From positions 7,163,190 through 7,227,189 of the forward strand of contig OZ037771.1 of the NCBI GenBank assembly GCA_964035545.1: DNA of 64,000 bases. Reading direction: 5' to 3'. The notes under the pieces are model-generated. The model saw only the letters and a program-made list of their open reading frames with translations, had not been told where the DNA came from and did no database searches. The number at the start of each line of letters is the position of its first letter. Position 1 is the first letter of the stretch. This stretch comes from Bugula neritina (Eukaryota > Animalia > Bryozoa). Made by a program: the position numbers and the translations under genes. Shown here piece by piece: positions 25,843-40,800 of the stretch.

Positions 25843-28800
25843 CTAAAATGATTGTTGAAGATTTATATTAAATGTCTTTTTTATATCAATTACATAAACA
25901 ATATAATATATTTTATTTAAAATAATATGCAGACATTACATAGAAATATATGTATACTATGTATGGCATTTATACAAGCTCAAACTTTTATGTTCAATTT
26001 TTTCTTACTGACCTGTAGACGCAGCATGCTAGCAACATGAACAAGACTATTAGCATTATGCCACCTCCTATGATATATTCAACTGGAACAGCTTTTGAAA
26101 CAGAAATTTTTTCTGAAAATAAAAAGATTAGGAATTGATTTAATAAATATACAGCATTTCATTGCACTGAAAACTAGAAATGATTTGCATCAGAAATTTA
26201 TTTTTATATAAATTAACAAAATGCATAATTTTTAATTTAACCCACGTGTTTTAATTTTCGAAAAGTGCTAAAATTGTTTTTGCAGCTTAAATATAGTTTT
26301 AGATTATAATTTAATAACATTGGAATTCTCATCCTATTAGTAGGTATAAAATTATTTGATCACGAATTTGAAAACACTAAAAAGCATTATGATTCAAGTG
26401 TGTGATTGCTCAAAATAAATATGAAATATACTTCCTACACTAGGCTGGTAAATTAGTATAGAGTACAAGTTGCAAGTAAAAAACCAATATATGATTATAT
26501 GTAATACATTTATAGAAAAAGAAATATTAAGTTTTGAAGTATCTTATAGTTCAATAGGTAAAAAGTGTAACTTCTTTCACTAGCAGCTTCTGAAATTTAG
26601 GATGCTTGGCTGATTATTTCAAGTTATTGTCATGTTAGAAAAATAAACTCACAGGCCAACAGCAGATAATAAATGCTAACTTTTATTACTTAGCTTAAAG
26701 TTTGCAAGCACTATTAACTATACAAACAAATTTAAACATGGATTCTTGTATTTTCAGTTACTTTTTAAGATCACCACCTTTTTATTACAATTATGTAGTT
26801 AGTTAAAGTGATTATTGCAAAAAATTTTAAACACATGATGCAATAAAAGTTTCCTTATACAACTTTAACAAACTTAACCTAAATAGAGCAACAAAAAATG
26901 AATGGAACAGTGATGATCAAGTTTAAAATATGCAAAACAGTTTATATATATAATAATATTAACTGCTACGTAAAATACTAAAACCAATCCAAATAGTCAT
27001 TTGACTATAAGAAAAAGTCATAGATTCAATTGATCTTTAAATAATTCCTTTACCAATACAGTTTGCTGTAGGCTCCCAAAGACCATTTATGGTACATGTC
27101 CAAGTTCCATCACTTCCAATGTTGTTTAGGAAGGTCAACTCATAGTTGTTGTAACACCTCAACTTGTAGCTGTTGTCTGGCTGAAAGAACTTTTTTGTAA
27201 ATCCATCAACGTCGAGGAGTTCCCCGTTTAAATTAGAGGGGTGGCGGCACAGGTTTTCTAAAATAACATTAACAACAAGCTGAGCAGATATGTGTGGATC
27301 TTGTATATATGAGTAAAACGTTGCAGATCTGCAATTGTACAACAGGCAGCTATTATGTTGTGATCATGAAACGCTGCTGCCTAGTGACTAGAACATGATT
27401 TTGAGAGTATACGCAGAGACACTGTCTTAAATCTAATTTCATTCAAAATGATTATTTATTGTTAATTTAATATGTTATGAAAATCTACCTACATAATATA
27501 TTGACATATATACATATATGTCAATAAGGAAATATTATATATCAATATTTACACTAAAATGCCTAAAAGTCACTATCCCATTCAAAACTACAAGGCGACA
27601 AAATATCTTTATATTAATTTTGAATAAGCTATACAAATTATTATTCAGTAAAATGTATTAATGTACCCTAACTACAACTAGCCCAATATTCTAGTGAACA
27701 TGATTATACACAAAGCACAAAGTGACAGAAAGTGCATTTTCTGTCACAAAAAGCTTACCAATAACAAATGTGACCTTGTTACTGAAAGAGCTATTACGTC
27801 CTTTGGACTGAGTGAATGCATAGGCTACATATTCATCATTGCCAAAAATGGGTTCCACCACGAGCTCCGTAGGAATTGTTTTATATAAAAGTTTCTTCTC
27901 AAACACACAAGTCTTGTTTTGGTTTTTGCGGCAAATTCTTACTATTACAGCGTCTTGTTGCCCACCAATAGCGTACGTCCATCCAAATGTTTTTGTGAGT
28001 ATAGTAGAATCAGATTTTATTACAAAGTCTCTTGGTGCATTTGGAGCTGAAAAAATTGTTTAAAATATAGTTAAGAGCAAAACATTATAAAAATTATATA
28101 TAAGCTTTTTGCTTAAGATTATGAAAACTTATAAGCTTTAAGCAAAAATGCATACGTAAATTTGCATGAATAAATATTCGTAAAACTTTCTGAATAACAT
28201 TTTTAGCAAAAATGCCGATGTTTTTAATTTCAATTGTTTTTACATTAAAGATGATTGAGATAAAAACATACGAGGCACAATTATTACAGTTGAGGATATA
28301 GAAGCGAGACCATTAGAGCCAATAGCTTTAGCACTGAACTCATATGTGGCCCCAGGTACTGGGTGGTCACCACTCGGCTTATAAAACTCAGTCAAGCTGA
28401 ATGTAGAGTCGTCTACAATTGAGAATCGTATCAATAATTTACTTGCAGCATAAAGCATAATATAGGTGAAGATTTTAAAAACTTTGAATTTTAAACACTT
28501 AAGAGTTAATTACGGGGAATTAAAATTAATTTTGTTTCATCCACTCTATAAACGTGATGTTTTGAGATGAAAAATTTCTGGATTTCTCACAATTAAAGCA
28601 TTGGAAAAATGAGGTAGCAATAATCAAGAGTAAAGCCATAATATACTAATGTGCAACAGCTATAAACTTGAATGTAATAACAATGCATGTGATAGTGATT
28701 ATAGTATATACCAATATCTCTTGAGATTTGACCTAATACAGGTCTCTCATCAAGCTTCAGTAAGTAAATTGATATTTGTATTTGTCGAATAGGTCCTTTT

Positions 28801-31800
28801 GCTTCATTCCAACTTGCTTTAATATAAAACTTACTGTCTTCTAGTTCCTCTGCAGCTCTTGGCAAATATCTAACTTTAAAATTACTGATTACAGAAGTAT
28901 CTAAAAACAGAAACAACATTTAATATACAATAATTGATGATGGGAACTTTGTAGGTTTAATCTAATTCAGTATAAAATTAACAGAAATAAAGCAGCTTAA
29001 ATAAAGCAATATCCTTAAGGCTTTAAACAAGAGCAAATAAACACACATTGCAAATTCAAGAGACAAACATCATACAATAACATAATGTAAGCAATTGTTC
29101 TTTTTTCTCCCAAAATTATTTTAGAAGACTTTTAAATCTTTTGTGAAATTTTTTCTAGCTAAATAAAGGCTGCAGTAGTATAAAAAATTAGATAAAAACT
29201 GTATGACTGTTATAGCATCAACTTAAAAAGTGATGTTGTTATTTTTATTTTGTGTATACATAAGAAAGGTTACAAAAATAAAAAACCTCACATGTGTTTG
29301 TGATCTCCGTGACAGTGCGGGAGGATATGATGTAACCCGGCTCTTCGGTGAACACAGTCTTGAATTTGAAAGAACATTCTGAACCTGATTGGACATTCTC
29401 AAATTTAAACCTTGTCCCTCTCAGCTAAAATAGTAATTTGAATAAAAATTTTCAAGTGTTGTTAGGATTAATTTGACAAAAATGCATTTGAATGCCATTT
29501 TAAACAAGTTTACTGTATATTTCTAATTGACAATTGCTTGTTATGTGGTGCAAATAATTGGTGATTTGCTATTATAGTTATATATCAACATTAGAATTTG
29601 ATTACATATTTACGTTGAGTATCTAAAAATATTCACCCAGGTTTTTAATTACATTTTAAGTACCATTAAAAGAGTTGTAAATTTTTTCTGTAACCAAAAT
29701 AAATGGATTTTAAAAATAGATGCATATTTTTAGGCATAAATAATTCATTATGTGTATAAAAAGTGCTATTGAACACATTTTTGTATTTTTTATTTTTTGC
29801 TTACAAATAGATGCAGTTTTTCAGTTTTTTTCAAATCTTTACTTAAACAAATGTTATATTTTTTGCAATATTTTTACATAGAGAAATTAAAAGATCCCAT
29901 GAGTTTAATCATCGATCATGTTTGTAATTTAGCTATATTAGCAATTATACAAACAGTAGCTAGAAAAATCTAAAATTAAAAGTGTTTTAAGTATTGTAAT
30001 CACTACAACTATATTGTGCTGAAGGCAGCATAATAATATTATTAATTATTTTACAGATAGTTATTGCTATAATTTCAATTAATTATTAGTGTGAACATGC
30101 ATTGTAAAAAGTGGTTGAATTAGCAAATAAAAAAACCTGCTTAATTCTGTTCCTCTTGCAGCACTGAAGACTGCATATGACTTGAACATAAGAGTAGTCT
30201 GTTTCAGGCTCTGTATACTCAATCAAAACTTCATTTTCAATGGGGGGTCTCATGGCAGTGAGTCTTATATCTTTTGGAAGAGACGGCGCTAAAAAGTATG
30301 CATATTGCTCAGATTATTAACAAAATTGAGTGAATCACAGAAAAATGATTTTTCAACACTTCTCATTTATTGCATTTTTAAACTAAACTATGATAGCTTA
30401 CATTAAAATTATTTTTCTCAATCATTTTGTGATTTTTGGTTATTTTCTGGCACTAATATTAATTGTGATGGCAAGAATTAAAGCTCTGCAATCCTAATAA
30501 AACACTTGGATAGAATAATTTCAGAATTTCAACTATAAGAAAAATATTTTTTATCAAGCAATTTGGTTTTTAAAACAAAAACATGATATACTAGAATATA
30601 ATAAACTGCATGTAAAACCCATGCATACGATTTATTGTACTATTTGCAAAGAACAAATTAAATTCATTTATCACTTTTCCAAAATAATAATTTAGAAAAA
30701 AACTTTAAATTAAACTCTTACATCGATTTATTGTTGTGGTAGAACTTGCTTGGCTCAACTGGTCTTGTCTGTTGTAAAATATAACAAACTCCCAAGAACC
30801 AACAATAAAGTCATCTAATAGTTGAATAGTATTGGTACCATTTGATACGCGGAAAAGCCTCTCATGACACACTTCATTTCCAAAAGTCTTGCAGAATTTA
30901 ACTTTCAGTCTGTCGTGGACCTGATTAACGGGCACAGAGGAATCAATTTCGTAAGTTAGTTCTACTCCTTTGTTGTTGGGCAATATTTCTGCTTTAATCA
31001 GCGCAGCCAGCTTTACTAAAACAAAAATCAACTGGATTTTTTCACATCTTCTAGAAAATTTTAAATGCACATGCAAAGTTTTTTGAGGTGATTTAATCAA
31101 TTAAAATGTTGGCAGTCGCTGAGACAGTACAGTTTTGAGCTAATTCAAAAAAATTTCTTTTTTAAATTAGCAGTTCAAGTCTGAGAAATAGGGACCTACT
31201 AAAGTTTAATTCTTCAATGCTTATAATTTGCATAATATCATCATATCTATGTAAAATAAACTAACATAAATAACATTTCTTCATAATTTAAGCAGTAGAT
31301 TTTATTTATTAAACTAGATAGCTGCTACAACAGTTTTAAATACATCTTACAACTTGTTGAGACTTACGCTCGCATGCACCTAGTTGATCCCGATTAACCC
31401 ACTTCCTGTCAGCAGCACAGTGAAGAGTGATGCCAGAGGAGGTGTATCCTTCATTACAGACAATCTCACAAGCATCTTCATATCGTCTCTGCTTCCGAGG
31501 GTTGTTACAGTTGTCATTGTTGTAGTGGCCATTCCTAATGTCGGGGAGTTTAGGACACAAAACCCCTAAAAAGATTGCATACTTCATAGTCAATATTACA
31601 GAGCAATTTTAAAAAAGTAGAACAACGGTGTGCCTATTGCTATACCTGCTTTTATGCAATAAAACATTTTTTCTCATATTTCCTGATTTAACTTGCTGCA
31701 AATAAACTTAATTGAGAAAAATGAATAAAAGCAATGAAGAGTAGTTATTTGAACTTCAGCATGCATGTTCTTATGTCAAATGCACATATGTAATGGGCAT

Positions 31801-34800
31801 GCTGTTTGTTAGCCGTTCAAAACACTATATATTATGAGTAAATATTTGAATATACCTGAACTTATTACAATTTTTGAAAAACATGAATAAGTACAAAACC
31901 TATGACACTTACGGGTGCAGAATTTGTAATTTTCTGATGGTGTCCAGGTGCCATTTTGCTCACAGTAGTAATATTTGTATGGACTTGTATATTCATATCC
32001 TTCAGAACACAACGGTGTGCATACTGTGCCTGGTGTGCCTCTCACCAGATCACACGTCACGTGAGAATATGTGTGACTCTGTGCTCTCTTCAGTTTTGGA
32101 CACTTAATACCTGCCATAAGACATGTGACTCTTCTTAAAATTTATTTATATAGAATGCAAGTTGTTATTAACATGATTTAAAAATATTACAATGATTGAA
32201 CAGTTAGCTTAAGCAAAATTAGCAGAATAGCTGCATTTTCCATAAATAGTTTACGCCCTACTTAAATTGCGACTTTGCGTGGATAATTAAATTATTGGGT
32301 AAAGATAATTCCAGGCACCACACAGCAAAATGTTATGAAACCTAGGAATAATAAACTGCATTGCAGTTGCACCATACATCAGCTCTATTTAAAATATAAT
32401 GTCTTGTTTGAAAACGTTGCAGCAGAGCGGGTTATTGAAGAGCTTAACCTCAACTTCATTGTTTCAGGTCACGAAAAGTCACTTTAAAGTTATGAAAACC
32501 AAATATGAAGTACAAACATGAAAACTTAGTTTAGAAAACACAACTGTGCAAAACAAATGTTGCATAACACTTAATAAATTTTACTTGCATAACATGTTTA
32601 ACTCAAACAATATACAAAAATATATACAATATACAATATATAAAAATGTAATGTTACCATGGATATTATATAAGGAGTTTTGTAACTTATGATTAGGTAA
32701 ACAAAGTATCAAACTTAAAAATTTATTAGAGTTGCATGATCGGAGTTATGCTACTTTTCTTACTTTCACAATATAGTTGTCCAACATCAGGGCTCCACTT
32801 TCCACCTACTGTACACTCATATTTGGCACCTGGTATGTTTAGCTCATAGAGAATATTACATGTTATGTCACATACAGATCCTGGTCTTTGTGTTCTGGTG
32901 AGACAGTCGTTGGTTGTACTACCTTTAAGTATGGGCAGAAGCGGTTGGCAGACAGCTGGAAAATAAATGTAGTACACTGAATAATCTACCAAAGTAGTCT
33001 TTTATTGCACTGATTTTTATTTTTCTGTCAAAAAAATTTTTTTGAAAAGAAATTATTATGATAAAGTTGTCAAAATTTGTAATTGATGTCAAAAACAGTA
33101 AAAAATGAACATATTCTAGTTTTGTTTCCTTTTAAAAGCTGAGGCTTGAACACACTGGCTGAATTTTTTTTAATTGTTCTCATAAAAATTTCACGCTTCA
33201 AAACCTGAAAATACTTCAACATAATTTTCAGGCTATATATATAGAAAATGAAAAAATCAGTTACTTTGACAGGCAATGCTGTTTGCAGGTGGAGACCACT
33301 CCTGATTCTCTTGGCACCTGTAGCCGCCTGAGTCATCAGATAAGGCAAAACCATCGTCACATCTAATTGGACAGAAAACGTCATACCCACTGGCTGCGTT
33401 TATACAATCCAGGCTGACAAATCTTCCGTTAGACAGCGAGTTTAGAGGTGGGCAGGTTTTAGCTATGACAAAGTGTTTAATGGAGTACGAAGAAACTATC
33501 ACTGTATATGTTATTTTTATAATTCTTTTGCATTATTGCTAAATTATTATAATTTTTTAATTAGCTGCATATATGAAACAGCTTTCAGCAGTGGAAAAAA
33601 TACCATTTTAGTACATTGCCTTTGTGGAGGGCATTGCATTACCACTAGCCCACCATTTGAGCAGGGCCATGGCAGTGAAAGGTATACCAGCTAAAATCAA
33701 CAGATTTGGTAAAACAAAATAAGAGTTTTCCAGAAAGTGCAGGGGAGAAAAATTATTTTAGCATTTTTCAATGCAACAAATAAACCTCACATCTTAAAAA
33801 TTACAACTCTAATTTTTAGAAAATTATAAAAAACTTTACATTGGCAACTTAATGACCCATAGTAAGGGCTCCATGTTCCAGTAGAGCCACATCGATAGGT
33901 TGAGCTCGCTCCTCTAACTTCAAAACCAATATTGCACTCTATTTCGCAAGTGCCTCCAATTGGGGTAGTTGAAAAGATGCATGCATCAGGTATTCTACCA
34001 TTTGCAACTGATTCCAATCTTGGACATACAGCTGAAGAGATATTAAATCACATTAAATATTAAGCAGCCCCATTATAAATTGCAAAAACAAACTAATAAC
34101 AAAACACTATAAAAGAAATAATTAAGACCAGTTGATGGTAGAAAAATAAAATTGCATGGGTTTTACTTGAAAGACTGGTTCTCTAATGGAAGCTAATTAA
34201 ATGGTTTGCACGTGAAGTTCCATAGGTTAACTAAAAACGAAATAAAAAACATATGATATCATTCCTTTTGAACATAAATTTGAATCACAATTTAAATTTT
34301 ATTATGATTGACTTTTAAACTTTAATCTAAATCTGCCAAATTAAAAAATATCTGACTATAATCAGTAAATTTGCCTTTTATTTAATGACTATTTAATACT
34401 TAAAACAAAAGACACTCAGTTATATACAAGTAAATAATTTTGTGATCACGAAAAGTTTATAGGACAAAAACTTAAGTTGCTAGCTTACGTTCACAGAAAA
34501 TACTTCCAGGACGAGGAAACCATTGTGAATTTAGTCCACATGTGTATTGGTTTGAAGTATGAGGGTTTCTATAACCACTGTGACACGTCACCGCACATCT
34601 TGCACCAAAGTTCTGGATTTTCTGTGTGCAGGCAGTATTTTCATATCTACCATTGTATATTACACCCAAGGGCGGACAAATAGTTGCTAAAATATATTAC
34701 ATGATGCTTCAAGTAAAAACAATAGCTAATTAATACTTTGTTACGAGCATATGGCATACAATTATGAGTAAATTTTGACCACTTGGTGCTACATAGTATT

Positions 34801-37800
34801 GAAGAAGCAAGGCTAAACCTCTGACAAAAAATGAATTAACAGACAGTTGCTTAAAAAAATAGTATTTAAATTTAATTCTATACTTACGAGTACAGGCAAT
34901 GGATCCAGGGGCCGGTGTCCACAGGGAGTTTTTTCCACATGTGTATTTTGAATGAGAACCGTTTGTACTGAATCCAAGCTGACAAGAAACTTCACACGTG
35001 TCCCCTTGAAACTGCCATTCATTTTGGCACGCTTGTGAAATTATTCCAAGAGGGTGATTACCTAATGATGGACACTGACCTAGAAATAGTTTACAATTCT
35101 CCTAAAATTTGTAAACCAAAAATACAATAGTAATATTAATATAAAAATCTATGATTAGAGTTTTAGTTGCAGTGTACTGACATATTTATTGTAAATTTAA
35201 ATAATGAAATAACATGTTCCTATTCAACTTGAACGATTTAGCCGAGCGACTTATACTCACGCTTGCAGGTTAGGCTGTTTGCTGGCGGCTCCCATCCTTT
35301 ACCTGCACTACAGAAGTATGCTCCTGTTCGATCAGAAGGTGCATATTGATTGTCACATTCGAACTGACACACATTGCTATAGTAATATGTGTTTAAAGTG
35401 CAGTTGATGTCTTGGAATTTCCCATGTGTAAGCGCTCGCAGAGGTGGGCAAAACTCAGCTATAGCAAATTAGTACAGATTATAAAGTAGTAATAATGCAT
35501 GTTTGCAACTCATTAATTTTGTAATAGTTTTTTAAATACCCTTTTTGACAGCTAGTTTATACATAGCAATATAATCGACTTGATATTAGTAGATCATCTT
35601 TAGAAAAATATTATCAAGTTGTGAACTTGAGAACAATATTAACAAGGTCAAATTAGCAACATGCATATCTGTTTTTTTAGAGACACATATAAAAAAATAT
35701 TTTGCATATGGGTAATTAGCATAGAACCTACACAGATTGGAATTCTGTTTACTCTGCTATTAGCCTAACGGTTAAAACTGCTTTGGCCATTTGAGTAATT
35801 TTAGCATCTTATTTATATAAACTCCAAAACTTGTGAGATGTCATGAAATAAAATTTGATAATTTATTATTATAAATTACTTTCATAGATACAGAAGCATC
35901 TGAAATTATGTTTCTGGGAATACTAGTGCATCAATTTTTTGATGGGTTGTCATTTATATTTACAAGGCACATGTAAGTACAGCAAATCTAATTTTGGCAT
36001 TGAAAGTTACCTGTGAACAAAACTGTTTAAAAATGTCTAAAAATCAATCAAGTAAAATTAATCTTATGTGTCTTTTAAGTAATTAAATAAATGTTGTATT
36101 TATTTAAATTTGTTAATTGGTGCATAGTATCTACAAAACTTACAAATTTTGCAGCTATGGAATTGTGAGAGTCATCCGAATACTATTATCAATCATTTTG
36201 AGCATGCTGTGACCTAGATATGACTTTTATAGTGGTAGATACCATTTATTGAAGAAGCACAGAAACACAGGCCGAGTTTAGAGTTCTCAACCGTCGATAA
36301 TCTTTCAACTATTTAAACTTACATTCACAGGCAATACTTCCTACTCGAGGTGTCCATTCTCCATTTTGTTTGCATGTGTACGCCGGTAGGACTCCGACTA
36401 ACTTAAAACCAACGTGGCATCTTACATTACAGATGGTGCCTGCAGTAGACCAGTCGTCGTTACAGGTCGGTGTGGAAGTACCTTGGCCCAAGAAGCCAAT
36501 TGCAGGGCACATGGCTAAAGTAAAAACGTCAATCAGTCAGTCGGCATATGCAATCAAGTATGAACTTTTTATTTTTTAGAGATGTTAGCGATACATATAT
36601 TTATATAATACATTAGAACTAAAGTTAACAAAACATTACGTAAATAAATTCTATACACACAAACAAAAAACACATATTACATATATTACACACATTGCAC
36701 ATATCACACAACTTACGTTTACAACGAAGATCAGTTGGTAAAGGAGTCCATTTCCTGTCAAAACCACACGTATAGCGATCATGTTCAGTATCTAATTCGT
36801 ACCCCTCATTGCAGGACGGGTAGCAAGCAGCGGTATAGAAAGTTGGACCAATGGCACAAGCGTGTTCATTAAATCTTCCATTTTCCAAAGCTCCAATAGG
36901 GTTACACTGTCTTTCTGAATGAAGAATTTTTCAATGAAAAATTTTAGTTTTTTCAATTTAGTTTTTGAAACATTTATGTTAGACTATGTTATAGTGCAGG
37001 CCGCAGGGTTGATTATGTTAAAGAAGTTATTTGATTTGACTATTTTGCATAAGTTATACTAGCTATTAATTTTTTTATAACTTAAACCTAACGTTGAAAT
37101 TTAATGTATTATATTTTGTAGAATATTTTGAAACATTTTTTTGCAAATATATCTTTTCATTTACGTTCAGCCTATATGTATTAAACTAGAAATTATTTTA
37201 AGTATCCTATAAAATTTTCAGTTATCGAAACTTTCAGAAAACTACACAAGAGATTGAAGCAGGAAAATAGTATTGAAGAATATTGATAAAAACATATGAC
37301 TACTGCTATAATTATTGTAAACTAACTTGTAAACATATTATTATAAAACATTTACTGCATGCCCAAAGAACATAAATATATGTGTTAGGTTTTATGCACG
37401 CTCACTTGTGCAAATGATTTCACCAAGTGGTGGATACCACTCCCCTTCGTCAGAGCAAGTGTGGTGTCTACCATCTCCTACTAATATCGAGCTGGCATCA
37501 CAAATAATTTCGCATTTGACTCCCGGATGAGAACGTGCAGCTCGACAGCCAGGAGATGTCCTTCCTTCTGGTATATTAGTTATTGGAGGACAATATGCTG
37601 CAATAACAAAAAGTGCCTAACTACAATGTTTAGCAATGCAAGAAAGAAGTTTTGTAAAATAACTTGAGTTGTGAATTATTACTTTTAAAACAGTTTGTGG
37701 TAGATTACATTGCTGTTCATAGATAAGATGAGAATTTTAAGCAAAATAAAACATTGTAATTTTCATGAGCAAAAATAATCAATGAAAGTAGTATTCATGA

Positions 37801-40800
37801 GTTCTTTAAGCAGTTCTATAAAAATAAAGTATCTCAGCACTATCGTAAGAATGAATAGTAAATGCTTTACGTGTGCAGAATATTTGACCAATTGCAGGAG
37901 ACCATTGCCCTGATTCCTGACAATGATGGTAATCTTGAGGCCCTGAAAGTACTGCGTTATAGACACAGGCAACTCTGCAAACTGTCCCAGGGCTTCTCCA
38001 GTTCTTCTCACAGAGTGCCGCGACCCGACCAAACCTGACTGGGCCAATTGGTGGACATCTTACTAAAAAAAAATAATCCAGTACTGAACAAAACAATTAA
38101 TTTCCTTCAGTAACGCACCTTATAGCCTTTGTTAGATTCAGACAGACACAGTACATAGTGCTTGTTAGGTACAGACAGATACAGTACATAGTGCTTGTTA
38201 TTTAATTTAGATGTAGTTTATCAGGCCTGTACCAAATGAGCACTAATTGTTGAAATGCAAAATAATTTACTTATGCTGGTAATTTTTTAACAAAAAGTAT
38301 ATTTATGCATTTGTATACATCTTTATACATATTCATGAATGTTTATATAGATATATTTAAAAAGCATTAAGTTATAAGAATTACTATAATAAACAAAATT
38401 ATTTAGTATTTAGTTTGCATAAACAAGATATATATTCAACTAATATAATGTAGTTTTATTACGTTTGCAGGCTATTGTGTAGAGAGGCGGTGACCATACT
38501 TTGTTGTAGCCACATGTATACTCATCATAAGCACCGTCCAACTGATACCCTTCATTGCAGCGAACGCGGCACTTGGCCGTAAACCGAACCTTTTCTTCGG
38601 TGCAAGTCGTAGGATACACCATACCGTTTTTTACCAAAGGAAGTTCGTCACACCTTGTTACTACAACACAATTGTATTTACTTATCAAGTGAGTTTTTGT
38701 TCAAAACTGTTCTGGCCCACGAAGCAGGTGCTGCTCAAAAAGTATTCTCATACTTTGAAAAGCTTAGAACCATGTTTATGTATTACATTTCTAATAATAT
38801 TATAATTGAATAGGTGTTAAGAACGTTTAAAAAGCTTCAATGTAGACCCAATTGTCTATTATTTTTACAAGAAATACAAAACACCTTCTGTCAAACAGAC
38901 TGAGTCAAACATCACAGAATATGGTTTTTGAATAAAGTTTCATTGACAATTATAATACATATATCACACTATATAACTGAATTGAAGTTTATGTAATGTT
39001 ATGTTAGTTATAATATATAAGTTGGGAAACATCCTGGTTTTTTGTGGTGCACGATTGAATGATTATTTTACAGCTTCACAATAATATCCATTTATGAAAA
39101 CTTGACTAAATCACATTTTTGTCTACAAAACAATAAATATTTAAATAACATTATGGCAACCATATTTTAATTACTGACAGAATACAGATCAATAAATAAA
39201 AACTCATTCTACCTTAATTACTGTGCTAACTCGTTTTGGATAAAATACACAAAATAATATCATGCTTTTTTACTTACTTTCGCATTTTATTTCTCCAAGT
39301 TTAGGGTACCAGTTTCCATCCGCAGTACACCTGTAGTTTCTAATTGGGGTGTAACGAGCATAACCTGGGTCACAGAACACCGGACAAGCCGCGCCTGTTA
39401 ATTGAGAAGTTTCCTGGCAATGTCTCGTAGATCGAGCATTCTCTAGAGTTGCCAATACCCCACAATGCACAGTTCGATCTAAATTAAAATAACTTCATCA
39501 GACTTCATTATAACATGAATACATGAATATATGCATGTTTATTTTAACACTTATGGTTTTATTATTTATGCTAAAATTCTCAAAGTCCACATTTTTGTAA
39601 ACCCACTCATATATAGTTTATACATTTTACATAAATATTTTTGCACCTATAGCCCTTACATATAGCCTTTGTTAAATGATACGGCAAATTATTTTATCTG
39701 AATTTTTAACTAGATAAAATTAATTATGACATTTTGAACTGAGCAAAACTCTAAGACTAAAGCAGGATGTGATTCGTGGCATATCGATCTGAGTCATTTT
39801 GGAACTTTTTAAAATTGTATATGTAAGCCTATAACATGACAATTGAGGCCTGTCTCAACCATATTGAATGAGAGTTCTAATTAATGTTATTAAATAAATA
39901 CAAGCAGAAAACATGTTTATTAAAATATTTCAAACATATACTTACAGTTAGAAATGCTAACAGTTGTTGAAGGTAATACTAAAAAATAAACAAACTCATT
40001 AATGCATCTTTTAATAAATTACTTAGAAATTTTAAAAGAATATCTAAAATAATGAAAAGTTCCACTGCTTAGTTTAAAACATACAATCAAAACATCTACT
40101 TTGCAATATTTGCACATTTCCTTCTAAAATCTTTGGAACAATTTTCTGTTTAATGCTCTTAATTATAATCACCCGACGAGGACATGACAGTGAATGTGAA
40201 AAAGAGGTGAACAACTTTTAGCTAAGCAAATTTTACATAATTAGGAAGTAATATTTTTTACATAAAATATTTTATCTCCATGCTAATACAAGGTTCTTGT
40301 TTTCACAATATCCTATATATTGGTTAAAGTATAATATTATGATACATTTCCGCTCTTGCTGATGTTAATAAGCATTTTGCTTTTTAATGAATTATGAAAA
40401 AAGAGCAGTTTATATAATTGGAGAGTTCTAAGTGTTAAGACAACTGCACTGCATAACTGAGTTTAGGAACAGTAAATATAGTGTTGAAAGTACTATGTAG
40501 TCTGTTGTAATCTTTCTCAAAAAAAAAAAAATAAGTCAGCCTAGTAAAATTGCTTGCCTAAAAATGCTAAATTTGATTTGATGCTGAAATATAGTGTTTA
40601 ACCATTATTTAATCATGTACATCTCTTAATATTTACACAATATATTATGTTAATCTTGATATTTTATGATATCTAGGAGTTACCTTTTTGAATTTGTAGC
40701 TGTTCAATTTAAATACTGTTTTGAAAAAATTCCAATCACTAACTAAATAGAAATCAATAGAATAAAACATGGTAGTAGCAGTAAAATTAAATACTCACGA

